Positions 1 to 11,700 are shown, numbered from the stretch's first letter. The stretch is DNA of 64,000 bases from Thermodesulfobacteriota bacterium (GCA_029246845.1 JAQWMJ010000006.1:22221-86220); one strand, 5' to 3'. The notes: generated from the letters alone by a model not told the origin. Translations and numbers: made by a program.

Positions 1-779
1 TCATCTGATATAGACATAATTTTTCCAAAAATTTCATCATAGGAATCATTCAACCCAATATAATTATTTAAGCTTTTTGACATCTTCATTTTACCGTCAA
101 GGCCTTCAAGTATCGGGAGAAACACGCCCACTTGTTCAGGGACATTAAAAGCTTTTTGAATTTGTCTACCAAGTAAGATATTAAATCTCTGATCTGTTCC
201 ACCTAGTTCTACATCGGAAGATAAGACAACTGAATCGTAGGCTTGAAGTATTGGATAAAGGAACTCTGTAACAGTTATAGCCTCCCCTGCTTTGTACCTT
301 TTTTTAAAATCATCTCTCTCGAGCAATCTTGCAACATTCTCTAATGAGGACAGGTTAATAAGATCTTTCAAATCAAACTTATTAAACCATTTAGAATTAT
401 AAAAAATTTGAACTTTTTCTTTCTCTAGGACCTTAAACATCTGGTCTTTATAGGTTGCCGCATTTACTTCAATCTCATCAGCGCTTAGGGGCTTCCTCGT
501 CTTGTCTCTTCCAGTTGGATCACCAATCATAGCTGTAAAGTCACCGATTAAAAAATTAATTTCATGGCCTAAGTCTTGGAATACCTTCAATTTCTTTAAC
601 AATAAAGAATGTCCTAGATGTAAATCGGAAGACGTAGGATCAAAGCCCGCCTTAATTTTAAGTGGCTCTTTTTTTTCAAACGATTTAGATAATTTTTCTA
701 AAAGTTCTGTTTCTGGAACTATGTCCACTACATTCTCAAGTATTATTTTAAGCTGCTTTTTTGGTTCAAGAAATTCCAT
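1..779 (-). CDS. tyrS: tyrosyl-tRNA synthetase, N-terminal part (C-terminus lies beyond the window start)
   Basis: Reverse-strand translation from the ATG at 779 reads MEFLEPKK...GFDPTSSDLHLGH (class I HIGH motif) ...KMSKS; the frame stays open to position 1. Confidence 0.85.
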   Translation of the reverse strand, partial: MEFLEPKKQLKIILENVVDIVPETELLEKLSKSFEKKEPLKIKAGFDPTSSDLHLGHSLLLKKLKVFQDLGHEINFLIGDFTAMIGDPTGRDKTRKPLSADEIEVNAATYKDQMFKVLEKEKVQIFYNSKWFNKFDLKDLINLSSLENVARLLERDDFKKRYKAGEAITVTEFLYPILQAYDSVVLSSDVELGGTDQRFNILLGRQIQKAFNVPEQVGVFLPILEGLDGKMKMSKSLNNYIGLNDSYDEIFGKIMSISD

Positions 780-811
780 TTTATTATATTATCTTATTTG
801 ATAAGATTTTA

Positions 812-2452
812 TCAAGCTTCTTTGAAACCATTAGTAATAGGATATCTTCTATCTCTTCCAAAGGCCTTTGATGTTATCTTTATTCCTGGTGGTCCCTGTT
901 TTCTCTTAAATTCACTATTATTAATCTTATTAATTATTCCAATAACTAATGATTTTTTAACTTTTAATAACATAGATATTTCACCAACTTCTTTTCCACC
1001 CTCAATATAGTATTCTAAGATTTTATCTAAAATCATATATGAAGGAAGTGAATCGGAATCCTTTTGATTCGCTTTTAACTCAGCAGATGGATCTCTTAAT
1101 ATTATCTTTTTTGGTATTACGTTAAAAATATTTTGGGAATTATAAAACTTTGCAAGATCATAGACTAATGTTTTAGGAATATCTTTCAAAATTGCTATTC
1201 CCCCAGCTGCATCACCATAGAGAGTTGAATATCCTATACTTATCTCGCTTTTATTTCCTGTAGACAGAAGTAAAGAGCCCATTTTGTTTGAGGTAGCCAT
1301 CAAGATATTGGCTCTAATTCTAGCTTGCAGGTTCTCCTCAGTTACATCGAAAGGTGTATTTCCATATATATTTTTACTTAACAATTCTAGATTCTTTTCA
1401 AAAATTTCTTGTATTGAAGATACTTTTAATCTAAAACTCATATTGGTAGAAAGCTGTTGTGCAAGTTTTAGACTGATTTCTGAATTAAATTTGGACGGCA
1501 TTGCAATACCCAGAACATTCTTGGGACCTAAAGATTTAACAGCTATCGCAGAAACTAAAGCAGAATCTATTCCGCCGGAGATTCCTATTACAACTTTTTT
1601 AAAACCATTTTTAATTACATAATCTTTTAATCCAATTGATAAAGCAGAAAATACACTAGATAAATTGTCTTTTTTATTTTTTCTTTTATGGATTGTTTTT
1701 TTATACTTAGTCTTATAATTTAGAGTTTGCACTTTAAACTCTTCATTGAATTCCCCGGCTTTTGAAATCATCTTTCCCTCAGAATCTAGAAAAAAGCTAT
1801 TGCCATCAAAAACCAGTTCGTCCTGGCCTCCAACCAAGTTGGAATATACTACTTCGATGTTGTTTTTTCTTGCAATATTACCCAGAAGCTTTAACCGGTT
1901 ATTTTGCTTTGTAATATTGAACGGTGATGCCGAAAGGTTAATCAATAAATCTGGTGAGTTTTTTTTTGATATATCTGGAGATATTTTAAAATCATCCCAA
2001 ATATCTTCACATATTGTTAAATATATACTCCTATTTTTAAGCTTGAACATAAGAGGCTCTATACCACTTTCAAAATATCTTTGCTCATCAAATACCCCAT
2101 AATTAGGCAAGCGAATTTTTTTGTATTCATATTTTAATTCACCATGAATGAAAACTCCGGCGACATTATACAATTTACCTTCTATAAGTTTTGGATAGCC
2201 CACTATATAGGAAATATTTTTATCTACTTTTTGAATTTTTTTGACTGCTAATTTAACCATTTTTAAGAAATTTTTACTTAATAGCAAATCTTCGGGTGGG
2301 TAGCCCACGAGTGCGAGCTCAGGAAAACAAAGTAGGTCAACTTTCTTGTTTTTTCCTAAATTTATAAATTTGATTATTTTCCTCAGATTATAATCAATAG
2401 CTCCTACATGCGAGTTCATTTGTGCAACTGCAACTTTAATATTTCTATTCAT
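812..2452 (-). CDS. nadE: glutamine-dependent NAD+ synthetase (nitrilase/CN-hydrolase domain plus NAD synthetase domain)
   Basis: 546 aa; N-terminal CN-hydrolase region (VAVAQMN...), C-terminal PP-loop GISGGIDSALVSAIAV; ATG at 2452. Confidence 0.88.
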   Translation of the reverse strand: MNRNIKVAVAQMNSHVGAIDYNLRKIIKFINLGKNKKVDLLCFPELALVGYPPEDLLLSKNFLKMVKLAVKKIQKVDKNISYIVGYPKLIEGKLYNVAGVFIHGELKYEYKKIRLPNYGVFDEQRYFESGIEPLMFKLKNRSIYLTICEDIWDDFKISPDISKKNSPDLLINLSASPFNITKQNNRLKLLGNIARKNNIEVVYSNLVGGQDELVFDGNSFFLDSEGKMISKAGEFNEEFKVQTLNYKTKYKKTIHKRKNKKDNLSSVFSALSIGLKDYVIKNGFKKVVIGISGGIDSALVSAIAVKSLGPKNVLGIAMPSKFNSEISLKLAQQLSTNMSFRLKVSSIQEIFEKNLELLSKNIYGNTPFDVTEENLQARIRANILMATSNKMGSLLLSTGNKSEISIGYSTLYGDAAGGIAILKDIPKTLVYDLAKFYNSQNIFNVIPKKIILRDPSAELKANQKDSDSLPSYMILDKILEYYIEGGKEVGEISMLLKVKKSLVIGIINKINNSEFKRKQGPPGIKITSKAFGRDRRYPITNGFKEA

Positions 2453-2476
2453 ATTATTAAATTATATAATGTATTA

Positions 2477-5296
2477 ATGGTTTTAAGAAATTTACTTATA
2501 GTATTTCTGCTTTTTTTTATACTTATAGATATATCTCGTGGTGCCCCAAAAAAAGAAAGCTTCACTATAAGAGATACGGCTCAATATATTCAAGAAAATT
2601 CATACTTCTACAAAAAAGATCAGTATAAGGATATTTTTATAGAGTCAATTAATACTATAAATTCATCTTCGGATACTGTTTTAGTTAAAATAAGATGGGG
2701 TGATAATCCTACATTTGAGATTCAAGGTACTAATTTTGCTGGTGAGCTTGTTACAGCTGAGTTCGACTTTAGAGCTAAGAATATCAAAGATGTAGGAGCA
2801 ATCCTAACAAAGTTGATAAGTTATCTTCAGGGTTTTGACTGGGAATACATAAATGCTAATGAAGACATTCAATACTTGGTTGCAAATGCAATGCTCAAAG
2901 ATGTAGATGAATACTCTTCAGTAATACATCCAAACTTGTTTGATGAATTCTTAATTGAAAGTAAGGGTAGCTTTGGAGGATTAGGAATTGTAATAGGTAT
3001 AAGAGATGAAAAATTAACAATCATATCTCCTATTGAAGGTACTCCTGCGGATAAAGCAGGTGTAAAAGCAAATGATAGGATTAGTAGGATAGAGAACTTT
3101 GAAACTGAAGGGTTTACTTTAGAACAAGCTATTAAACTATTAAGAGGGGAAAAGGGTAGCCCTATAACAATTTACATTGAAAGGGACAACGTGGCAGACT
3201 TAATTGAGTTCAAAATAGTTAGGGACATAATTAAAATTAAGAGCATCGAGTCAAAATCTGTGGATGAAAAAGTTGGCTATATAAAAATTAATACATTTCA
3301 ATCAAATACTTACAAGCAATTTATTTCTGCGCTAGATCAACTAAGAAATGATGGAGCTAGTTCTCTTATTTTAGATTTAAGAGGAAACCCAGGTGGCTTG
3401 TTTGATCAAGCTCTTAGAATATCAAATGTACTACTAAGAGAAAAGCTAATTGTATCGACCAAAAGTAAAAACAAGGAAATGAATATAAACTTCTTTACGA
3501 ATCCCGTTGAAACACCTAAGTTTGATGGGCCATTAATTGTTCTCACCGATAGAGGGAGTGCTAGTGCATCTGAAATTGTAACAGGTGCTGTTAAGAACAA
3601 CCAAAGAGGTATAATTATTGGTCAGCAAACTTTTGGCAAAGGTACTGTTCAAGAAGTATATAAGCAAGATGATGGTGCAGGTATCAAGCTGACTATTGCA
3701 GAGTACCTAAGTCCTATAAACTACAAGGTGCATTCAAATGGAATTAGTCCAAATATAAATTTTATACCAGTTAACTTGGAAGAGAACACCTTAATAACAG
3801 ACAAGGAAATAGAGAAGGAATTAACTTTAAATCCCGATGAACAAAAACTTAATATTATTTATTCGCCTAAAAAAATAGAGGAGAATGAAGATGATGAATT
3901 AATATCTTTTTCAAAATTTATTTTCAATTCAGGCCTCTTAAATAAAGTAGAACTAAGAGGAAATACTAAAAACTTTCTTTCAATTCTTGAAAAACATATA
4001 GAAAGTGAAGGCCAGAAAATTAGCAGTTCCCTTACAGAGAAACTAGAAAATTTCTCTTTAAAAAGTTTTGATGGGGGCCAGCAGAACGAAAAAGGGGCAT
4101 TGAGCATGGAAGTAAAAGATAAAATAGACTTCACAGCAGGGACAAATAAAGTAATCAAAGGGTCTATTGTAAATAACTCTAACTTAGAATTCTCTAACTT
4201 GATTATTAAATCTGAGTCTGACAATAAAACTTTTAATAATAAATATTTCTATATTGGTAAAATTAAAAATAATAAAAAAAGCGATTTTAAAATTCTCTTT
4301 AAAATACCTAGCTGGCTTAAAACAAGTGAGGATATTGTAAAACTCAGCTTGCTTCAATTAGATATGAGTAATGCTCTAAAACCAACTCTTTCTAAAGTAA
4401 GTAGGATTTCTTTAAAAACGAAAGTTACAAAAAAGGAATTTCTTTTCCCGAAATTCTCCTACACATTGATTCCAAATGAGTCAAATAATGATGCTAATTT
4501 TGATATAAATATATCAATAACAAGAACTCCTATAAGCTGCAATAAATGTTTTGTGAAAATTTTATCAAATGATAAACAATTAGTTATAAAGAATAAAAGA
4601 CATAAAGTATTAGCTGAAAAAAAAGAAAACTTTAATCTGATAAGTAATTTATCTATACCTTTAGATAAAATAAAAAATAATAAAATTAAGTTTGCAATTA
4701 GATTTCATGACGAAGATACGCATGCATTTTTTGACAAAAATATTAAGATTAATAAAACCGAGCTAATGTCGTTTAAAACAGTGAAAAATTATTATAGCAT
4801 CTTAAGATCTTCTACTAGCTATTCGGAGCCTAGCCAAACCGGGATTGTTGTAGGAAGAATTAATAAAGGGGAATCTGTTAAAAGCATAGGTGAGACTGAG
4901 AATTTCATTCTTGCATCAGCAAATGACGAAAAAATATTCTTTTGGCTAAATAAACAAGATGCTAAATTAATTGTAAACAATAATGAGAAAAAAAATACTT
5001 ATAGTTTTAAAAGGATTTATGAGCTTCCTCCAGAAATTTTAATAAGATCTACACAACAAGCTAAAAACGATAAAATTAATATCGAAGCTGAGATTATGGA
5101 TAATTCTATAATTAAGAATGTGAACTATTTCCTTAATGATGAAAAAATTAGATTTAGCTTAGAGGAAGAAAGAGTTGTAAGTGAGAAATTTAATATTGCT
5201 CTCAAGCCTGGAAGGAATAAATTATATATTGTTGCATCTGATAAAAAAGATATAAAAACCTATAAGGAGATTTACTTCACAAGAAATGAAAATTAG
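2477..5296 (+). CDS. C-terminal processing (tail-specific, S41) peptidase with PDZ domain and a ~450-aa low-complexity C-terminal extension
   Basis: Signal-peptide-like start MVLRNLLIVFLLFFIL at the ATG at 2477 (the track ORF starts at 2408, overlapping nadE); PDZ region GGLGIVIG...GTPADKAGVKANDRI; S41 motif LILDLRGNPGGL; the K/N-rich tail ends in an SH3b-like segment. Confidence 0.75.
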   Translation: MVLRNLLIVFLLFFILIDISRGAPKKESFTIRDTAQYIQENSYFYKKDQYKDIFIESINTINSSSDTVLVKIRWGDNPTFEIQGTNFAGELVTAEFDFRAKNIKDVGAILTKLISYLQGFDWEYINANEDIQYLVANAMLKDVDEYSSVIHPNLFDEFLIESKGSFGGLGIVIGIRDEKLTIISPIEGTPADKAGVKANDRISRIENFETEGFTLEQAIKLLRGEKGSPITIYIERDNVADLIEFKIVRDIIKIKSIESKSVDEKVGYIKINTFQSNTYKQFISALDQLRNDGASSLILDLRGNPGGLFDQALRISNVLLREKLIVSTKSKNKEMNINFFTNPVETPKFDGPLIVLTDRGSASASEIVTGAVKNNQRGIIIGQQTFGKGTVQEVYKQDDGAGIKLTIAEYLSPINYKVHSNGISPNINFIPVNLEENTLITDKEIEKELTLNPDEQKLNIIYSPKKIEENEDDELISFSKFIFNSGLLNKVELRGNTKNFLSILEKHIESEGQKISSSLTEKLENFSLKSFDGGQQNEKGALSMEVKDKIDFTAGTNKVIKGSIVNNSNLEFSNLIIKSESDNKTFNNKYFYIGKIKNNKKSDFKILFKIPSWLKTSEDIVKLSLLQLDMSNALKPTLSKVSRISLKTKVTKKEFLFPKFSYTLIPNESNNDANFDINISITRTPISCNKCFVKILSNDKQLVIKNKRHKVLAEKKENFNLISNLSIPLDKIKNNKIKFAIRFHDEDTHAFFDKNIKINKTELMSFKTVKNYYSILRSSTSYSEPSQTGIVVGRINKGESVKSIGETENFILASANDEKIFFWLNKQDAKLIVNNNEKKNTYSFKRIYELPPEILIRSTQQAKNDKINIEAEIMDNSIIKNVNYFLNDEKIRFSLEEERVVSEKFNIALKPGRNKLYIVASDKKDIKTYKEIYFTRNEN

Positions 5297-6206
5297 TTTT
5301 ATCTTAACTAAGATTATTAGCTCTATTCTCGTAATATTAATAGTAGTATCTGCGACTTTTCTATTGCTGAGGATTCTCCCTGGTGGACCATTTGATACGG
5401 AAAAAAAACTACCTCCTAGAGTTAAAAACAATATAGAGAAAAAATATAAATTAGATCAACCCCTTATTAAACAATACATATACTATATTAAATCGACGGC
5501 TAGTTTAGACTTAGGGCCTTCATACTTTTATCCAGGAAAGAATGTCAATGATATTATTAAAAAAAGTTTTCCTTACTCCTTAAAAATAGGCTTACTCGCA
5601 CTTATTTTTACAATTTTTATTTCAATCCTAGTTGCAAAATTTATATATAATAATAAAAAAAGTTTTCTTTCAAAAGTAATAATTAATTTTCTATATTTAT
5701 CCGTCGGGACACCTACATTTTTAATTGGTGCATTATTAATAATGATTTTTTCAGTACAGTTAAAAATCTTACCTGCAGCTTTACTTGAATCGCCCTTAAG
5801 CTATATTCTTCCAGTAATCACGCTCTCGATACCATCTATTGCATTCCTATCCAAATTAATGCTTGAATCAATGAATGACATTGAAAAAACTCTATACTTT
5901 AGAAATGCTAAGCTAAATAATATTAAATCTAATCTTATTCTCAAATACTATATAGTCAGAAATTCTTTGGTACCCTTTATAACTGCAATTGGTCCTATTT
6001 CCGCGTTTATGATTACGGGTTCTTTTGTAGTTGAAAGCATCTTCTCTATACCTGGAATGGGGAAAATGTTTATCTTGTCTATCATAAATCGTGACTACCC
6101 AATTGTTTGTGGCCTAACTATTGTTTATACAGTAGTCCTTGTAACTATCAATATGCTTATCGATCTTACTTACCCTATAATAGATAAAAGAATAAAGTAC
6201 CAATGA
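5286..6206 (+). CDS. ABC transporter permease, OppB/DppB/NikB family (no partner ABC genes nearby)
   Basis: 306 aa, six predicted TM segments, N-terminal LRILPGGPFDTE motif typical of OppB-type permeases, EAA-like loop; overlaps the ctp stop by 11 nt. Confidence 0.7.
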   Translation: MKISFILTKIISSILVILIVVSATFLLLRILPGGPFDTEKKLPPRVKNNIEKKYKLDQPLIKQYIYYIKSTASLDLGPSYFYPGKNVNDIIKKSFPYSLKIGLLALIFTIFISILVAKFIYNNKKSFLSKVIINFLYLSVGTPTFLIGALLIMIFSVQLKILPAALLESPLSYILPVITLSIPSIAFLSKLMLESMNDIEKTLYFRNAKLNNIKSNLILKYYIVRNSLVPFITAIGPISAFMITGSFVVESIFSIPGMGKMFILSIINRDYPIVCGLTIVYTVVLVTINMLIDLTYPIIDKRIKYQ

Positions 6207-6940
6207 ATATTAAAATGCACATAGAGTATATTGGAACAAATTATTGTGGCTGGCAAAAGCAGGCAAATAATAAGACAATTCAAGATGAAATTGAAAAAAA
6301 ACTTAAGAAGATATATAAAACAAAAATAACGTTGCTAGGTTCGGGGAGGACCGATAGTGGTGTTCATGGAATCAAACAAATAGCCAACTTCCATATAGAC
6401 AAAAAGATTAATATTAACTTAATAGCACTGAGGAATAAATTAAATAGACTTTTAGATCAAGATATAAGAATTAGGTCTTGCGAAAGTGTTGATGATAATT
6501 TTCACTCTCAACATAGTTGTAAAAAAAAGATTTATTTATATAAAATAAAAACTTTAGAGCCATGTAGTGTTTTTGAAGATAATAGAGTTCACTTTATAAA
6601 AAGAAATTTAAATCTAAAAAAATTAAGAAAAGGTGCAAGTTTTTTTATTGGTGAGCATGACTTTATTCATTTCTGTAAAACAGGTTTTTCTGGGAAAGAT
6701 ACAAAAAGAACCATATATTCACTTACAATTATAAAAAGAAAAAAGATTTTAGAAGTTAGAATTTCAGGAAATGGGTTTCTTAGGGGGATGGTCAGGCTGA
6801 TGATTGGAGCATTATTAAATTATGAAAAAGATAAAGTAAGTGATATCGATATAATGCATGCATTAACAAATAGAAGTAAATTAAAACTAAATTTATCGGT
6901 TCCTGCGTGTGGACTATATCTTTATGATGTAAAATATTAA
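6203..6940 (+). CDS. truA: tRNA pseudouridine(38-40) synthase
   Basis: GWQKQ and GSGRTDSGVHG (catalytic Asp motif); 245 aa. Confidence 0.85.
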   Translation: MNIKMHIEYIGTNYCGWQKQANNKTIQDEIEKKLKKIYKTKITLLGSGRTDSGVHGIKQIANFHIDKKININLIALRNKLNRLLDQDIRIRSCESVDDNFHSQHSCKKKIYLYKIKTLEPCSVFEDNRVHFIKRNLNLKKLRKGASFFIGEHDFIHFCKTGFSGKDTKRTIYSLTIIKRKKILEVRISGNGFLRGMVRLMIGALLNYEKDKVSDIDIMHALTNRSKLKLNLSVPACGLYLYDVKY

Positions 6941-6941
6941 A

Positions 6942-7691
6942 ATGATTATTAGCTCATACAATGAAAATAATAAAAAAATAAGAAAGACCTTTGAAACAAT
7001 TGATTCATACAATAGTTTTTTTCGAAAAGTTAATAAAAGAAATATTGTTGCTTCGGTTTCTCCATCAAAAATTGTTGCTATTGGTTTAAACTATCATGAT
7101 CATGCGATTGAGATGAAAAAGCAGCCGCCCAAAGAACCATTAATTTTTTTAAAAGCACCTTCTTCGGTAATAGGACCCTTTGAAAATATAATATATCCAG
7201 ATTATATGAGTTCAAAAGTCGATTATGAGGGTGAGCTAGGAATAGTTATAAAGAAAGAAGCAAAATGGGTAAACAAAAAGGATGCATATAAATATATTTT
7301 AGGTGCTATTTGCATAAATGATATAACAGCTAGAGACCTTCAAGCACAAGATGTTCAATTTTCTAGGGGGAAAAGCTTTGATACTTTTTGTCCTGTGGGT
7401 CCAATAATATCTGATGAAATTAATTATCAAGATGTTACAATCAAAACTATCCTAAATGGAAAGATTCAGCAAGAGTCGAATACTAGCCAGATGATTCATA
7501 AAATTGATTTTTTGATAAGCTATATTAGCAGGATTATGACATTAAACAAAGGGGATATAATATTAACTGGTACCCCAGGTGGTGTAGGACAAATTAAAGA
7601 AAATGACATAGTAAGGGTCGAAATAGAGGGACTAGAAAGTACTAATAATAATGTTCATTTAGGAACAAAAACAATTTCTAAGGAGGTATAA
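6942..7691 (+). CDS. fumarylacetoacetate hydrolase (FAH) family protein
   Basis: DYEGELGIVI...ILTGTPGGVG, the FAH-family metal-binding and C-terminal motifs; 249 aa. Confidence 0.75.
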   Translation: MIISSYNENNKKIRKTFETIDSYNSFFRKVNKRNIVASVSPSKIVAIGLNYHDHAIEMKKQPPKEPLIFLKAPSSVIGPFENIIYPDYMSSKVDYEGELGIVIKKEAKWVNKKDAYKYILGAICINDITARDLQAQDVQFSRGKSFDTFCPVGPIISDEINYQDVTIKTILNGKIQQESNTSQMIHKIDFLISYISRIMTLNKGDIILTGTPGGVGQIKENDIVRVEIEGLESTNNNVHLGTKTISKEV

Positions 7692-8762
7692 ATGAAAAAA
7701 ATATTAATTCTTCCCGGTGATGGAATAGGACAAGAAGTAACAAATGAGTGCTTAAAAATTATAAGCTACTTTCAGAAAGATCACGAGATTGAATACACCG
7801 AAGATTTGTTTGGTGGGGCATCTATTGATGCCCATGGAAAGCCCCTAACTAACAAGGTTTTGGAAAAAGCTATGGACGCAGATGCAGTACTACTGGGAGC
7901 TGTAGGCGGACCTAAGTGGGAACAACTTGATCATAACCTTAAGCCCGAAAAAGGACTTTTAACCCTTAGAAAAGAACTAGAAGCATTTGCCAATCTAAGA
8001 CCAGGAAAAGTTTTTCCTGCACTTATAGATGCCTCTAGTCTTAAAAAAAGTGTTGTAGATGGTACTGATATTTTTGTTGTTAGAGAACTTACAGGTGGAA
8101 TCTATTTCGGAGAACCAAGATATATAAAAGAGGTTGACGGTAAAAGGATAGGTGCTAACAACTTAATCTACAGTGAAGACGAAATAGCAAAAGTAGCTAG
8201 GGTAGCTTTTGATATTGCAAGAAAAAGAAAAAATAAAGTCACGTCATTAGACAAAGCAAATGTTTTAGAAGTTATGCAATTATGGAGGGATGTTGTTTCC
8301 GAAGTACATTCTAATGAATTCAAAGATGTTGAACTAGAACATTTATATATAGATAACGCCGCAATGCAAGTTATAAAAAGACCGTCAACCTTTGACGTGA
8401 TACTCGCAGGTAATCTGTTTGGAGATATTATAAGTGACGAAATAGCAGAACTTACTGGATCTCTTGGAATGCTTCCATCTGCAAGTATTGGAAATAAATA
8501 TGGAATATACGAACCAGTTCACGGAAGCGCTCCTGATATTGCTGGTCAAAATATTGCTAATCCTATTGCTGCAATTTTATCGTTAGGAATGCTTTTTAAA
8601 TATTCTCTACAAATGGCTGATATTCATGATTTAATAGAAAATGCTGTCTCTGAAGCTCTCAATGCGGGATTTAGAACAAAAGATATTGGCATTGAGGACA
8701 CCTTGACTTGTTCAGAAATGGGTGACGAAATTTTGAAAAATATAGATAAACTCAGTAAATGA
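7692..8762 (+). CDS. leuB: 3-isopropylmalate dehydrogenase (isocitrate/isopropylmalate DH family)
   Basis: MKKILILPGDGIGQEV N-terminus, NLFGDIISD signature, 356 aa. Confidence 0.72.
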   Translation: MKKILILPGDGIGQEVTNECLKIISYFQKDHEIEYTEDLFGGASIDAHGKPLTNKVLEKAMDADAVLLGAVGGPKWEQLDHNLKPEKGLLTLRKELEAFANLRPGKVFPALIDASSLKKSVVDGTDIFVVRELTGGIYFGEPRYIKEVDGKRIGANNLIYSEDEIAKVARVAFDIARKRKNKVTSLDKANVLEVMQLWRDVVSEVHSNEFKDVELEHLYIDNAAMQVIKRPSTFDVILAGNLFGDIISDEIAELTGSLGMLPSASIGNKYGIYEPVHGSAPDIAGQNIANPIAAILSLGMLFKYSLQMADIHDLIENAVSEALNAGFRTKDIGIEDTLTCSEMGDEILKNIDKLSK

Positions 8763-11700
8763 ATGAAATCCTCAAACCCATCAATAAATTTTCAATGAAC
8801 TTAGAAGACAAAAAAACTTTCAGCTTTTATGAATCTAATGATTTTCTAATATCTAAGATTATTAACCAGGTCGCCCTTGAAAGTGCGAAAGACATATTCT
8901 ATGTAACCAAAGATACAAAGAAATGTAAGCTTATTATTGAATACCTTGAAGAAGTTTGGAAAAAGAAAATATTCTACCTAGGAAGTGACGTATTAAATTC
9001 TCGGAATAATGATTTAAATGACCGTAATAGATCGTTAAACATATTATATTTTCTTGGAAATAATAATAACAAAATAAAATTTATAGAAAAAGAAAATCTT
9101 TACCACTCTTTTAGTGAAGGAATAAATAAGAATAAAATCACTATCAGTACGAAATCAGTTAAGGAGGATAGACAGAGACTAATAAACAGTCTTGAGAACT
9201 TTGGATATAAAAAAAATGAATTTACTGAGAAACTTGGAGATTACTCGGTACGAGGATCAATTATTGATATATTTACACCTTCCTTTGAAGCACCAATTAG
9301 AATTGAATTTCATAATGATAAAATAAGATCAATTAATACATTTAATATTGAAAGTGAAAGAAGGTTGAGTGAGAGCTTACAGGAAATAAATATTGTGTCC
9401 CTTAAAAAAGAGATTAGTACTGAGAATGCATTACTTATATTGGATCATATAAAAGATGGAATAGTCTTTACTGATTGCGCAATCAAGAATTCATCAGATG
9501 AAACTGATAGAATAAAAAAATTCACTAATCTAAATAAAATTATTGAAATAAACCCCATTAAACCCAGAGAATCCTCAGAATCATATAAATTTAAAGTTGA
9601 ATATCTTAATGGAAACCTAAACGAATCTATACCCAAATTGATTGAATTTATTAAAGAGTATGGTTCGAAAAATCAGATAACAATAATATCAGAAAAAAAT
9701 TCCATAGAAAACTTAAAGATCGACCTTGCAGAAGTAAAAAAGACTGAAATTTTGTACCGTAACGGTTTTTTAAGAAAATCATTTATCTCAAGAGATACCA
9801 ATGAAATCTTCATATCATTTAATGCTCAAAACATTTCAAAGAATCAGAGCCTAAGCTCACAAAAGTACGCAAAATCTTCATTTAAGCTTTCTGGTTTTAA
9901 TGACTTAAAAAAGGGGGACTTGGTTATACACAAAGAGTTTGGTCTATGTGCCTTTAACGGAATTAAAAACAAATTAATTGGCTCGATGCATGTTGACTTC
10001 ATTGAATGTGAGTTTAGCCATAAAGACTTGCTTCTAATACCAATAGATAGAATCTCATTAATTCAAAAGTATATAGGGTCTTTAAAAAATAAAAGCTTAG
10101 ATACCCTGCGTTCAAAAGCCTGGGGTGGAAAGGTAAAAAAAGCAAAAAGAGCCGCAGAAACAACTGCAAGAGAAATATTAAGTCTTTATGCTCAAAGGAA
10201 ATCAGCAAAAGGGTTTCAATTTAAAATCAATAATAATGAAATCTTGGATTTTGAAGATACATTTGAATTTGAAGAAACCGTAGATCAAAAAAGCGCGATA
10301 CTAGACACCTACAAGGATATGCAAGCTCCAATACCTATGGATAGGCTTATATGTGGTGATGTAGGTTTTGGAAAAACTGAAGTGGCTCTTAGGGCCTCTT
10401 TTTTATCCTCTATGAACTTAAAGCAGACTGCAGTTGTAGCACCAACTACTCTATTAGCCCACCAACATCTTAAGACCTTTAAAAATAGATTCCAAAAGTT
10501 TCCTATTAGGATTGAAGGCGTGACAAGATTTACAAATAAAAGTGACTTAAATAAAATAATTGAGGATTCTGTAAACGGAAAGATTGATATCTTAATTGGA
10601 ACTCACAAAATTTTCTCAAAGGAAATTGTATTAAAGAACCTTGGTTTAATAATAATTGATGAGGAGCATAAGTTTGGTGTCTCAGACAAAGAAAAAATTA
10701 AGCAATTAAAAAAAGGAGTGGATTCTTTAAGTATATCTGCCACTCCTATTCCTAGAACTCTGCAGTTATCGCTTAGCGGTTTAAGAGAAATAAGCTTACT
10801 AGCAACCCCTCCTAAGGAAAGATTGAGTATAGAAACCTATATAGAAGAATTCGACCTTTTGCTAATCAAAGAGTCGATAGATTTTGAGCTGAAAAGAAAT
10901 GGGAGAGTTTTCTTTATTCATAATGAAATCGCTAGTATTGAAAAAATTTATTTAAAGATTAAAAAAATCTGTCCGGGGATAAAAATAGAATTTATACATG
11001 GGAGAATGACCGGAGACAAAGTTGAGGGGATATTGAAACAATTTATAGATGGGGATATAAAAATACTTATCACTACTACCATAGTTGAAGCAGGCTTGGA
11101 TATCAGAGAAGCCAATACAATGATAATAAATAACGCACATAAATTTGGTCTTTCCGATTTATATCAACTAAGAGGGAGGATTGGAAGAGGTGACAAGAAA
11201 GGTAAAGCTTTCTTGCTAATACCAAACGAAGAAATCTCGGACAATGCCAAAAAAAGACTAGAGGCAATTAGAAAATTAACGAAGCTTGGTTCTGGATTTA
11301 ATATCGCAATGGAAGATCTCGAAATAAGAGGTGCGGGAAATCTGTTTGGGACACAGCAATCAGGAAATATTTTTGATGTAGGAATTGAGTTTTATTTAGA
11401 GCTTCTAGAAAAAGAAATAAATAAGGTAAAGAATAATAATATAGATGAAAATCAAGAAGCGGAAGTAATATATAATCAAAATGTTTACATACCCGAAAAT
11501 TATATTGAATCCGCTGAGAGAAGGCTCTTCTACTATAAAAAAATATCTTTAGTTACGACTAAAAGGGAATACCTGGATTTGATAGAGGAACTCTTAGATA
11601 AGTTTGGTTTAGTTCCATTAGAAGTTCAAAACCTAATCAATATCAGCTTAATAAAGATTAACTTACAGAGGATGGGTGTTCATAAAATTCTAATTAAAGA

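Noticed and set aside
502-1010. Plus-strand ORFs of 99 and 70 aa at the start of the window
   Set aside because: The 99-aa ORF lies antisense to the tyrS coding region. The 70-aa ORF overlaps the 3' end of nadE. Neither has coding-like features.
1284-2102. Long antisense ORFs inside nadE (112 and 118 aa); similar ones lie inside leuS (42720-43456), korA (53447-53815) and ctp (3859-4224)
   Set aside because: They lie entirely within, and opposite to, well-supported conserved genes. They are low-complexity with no recognisable motifs, so most likely chance ORFs.
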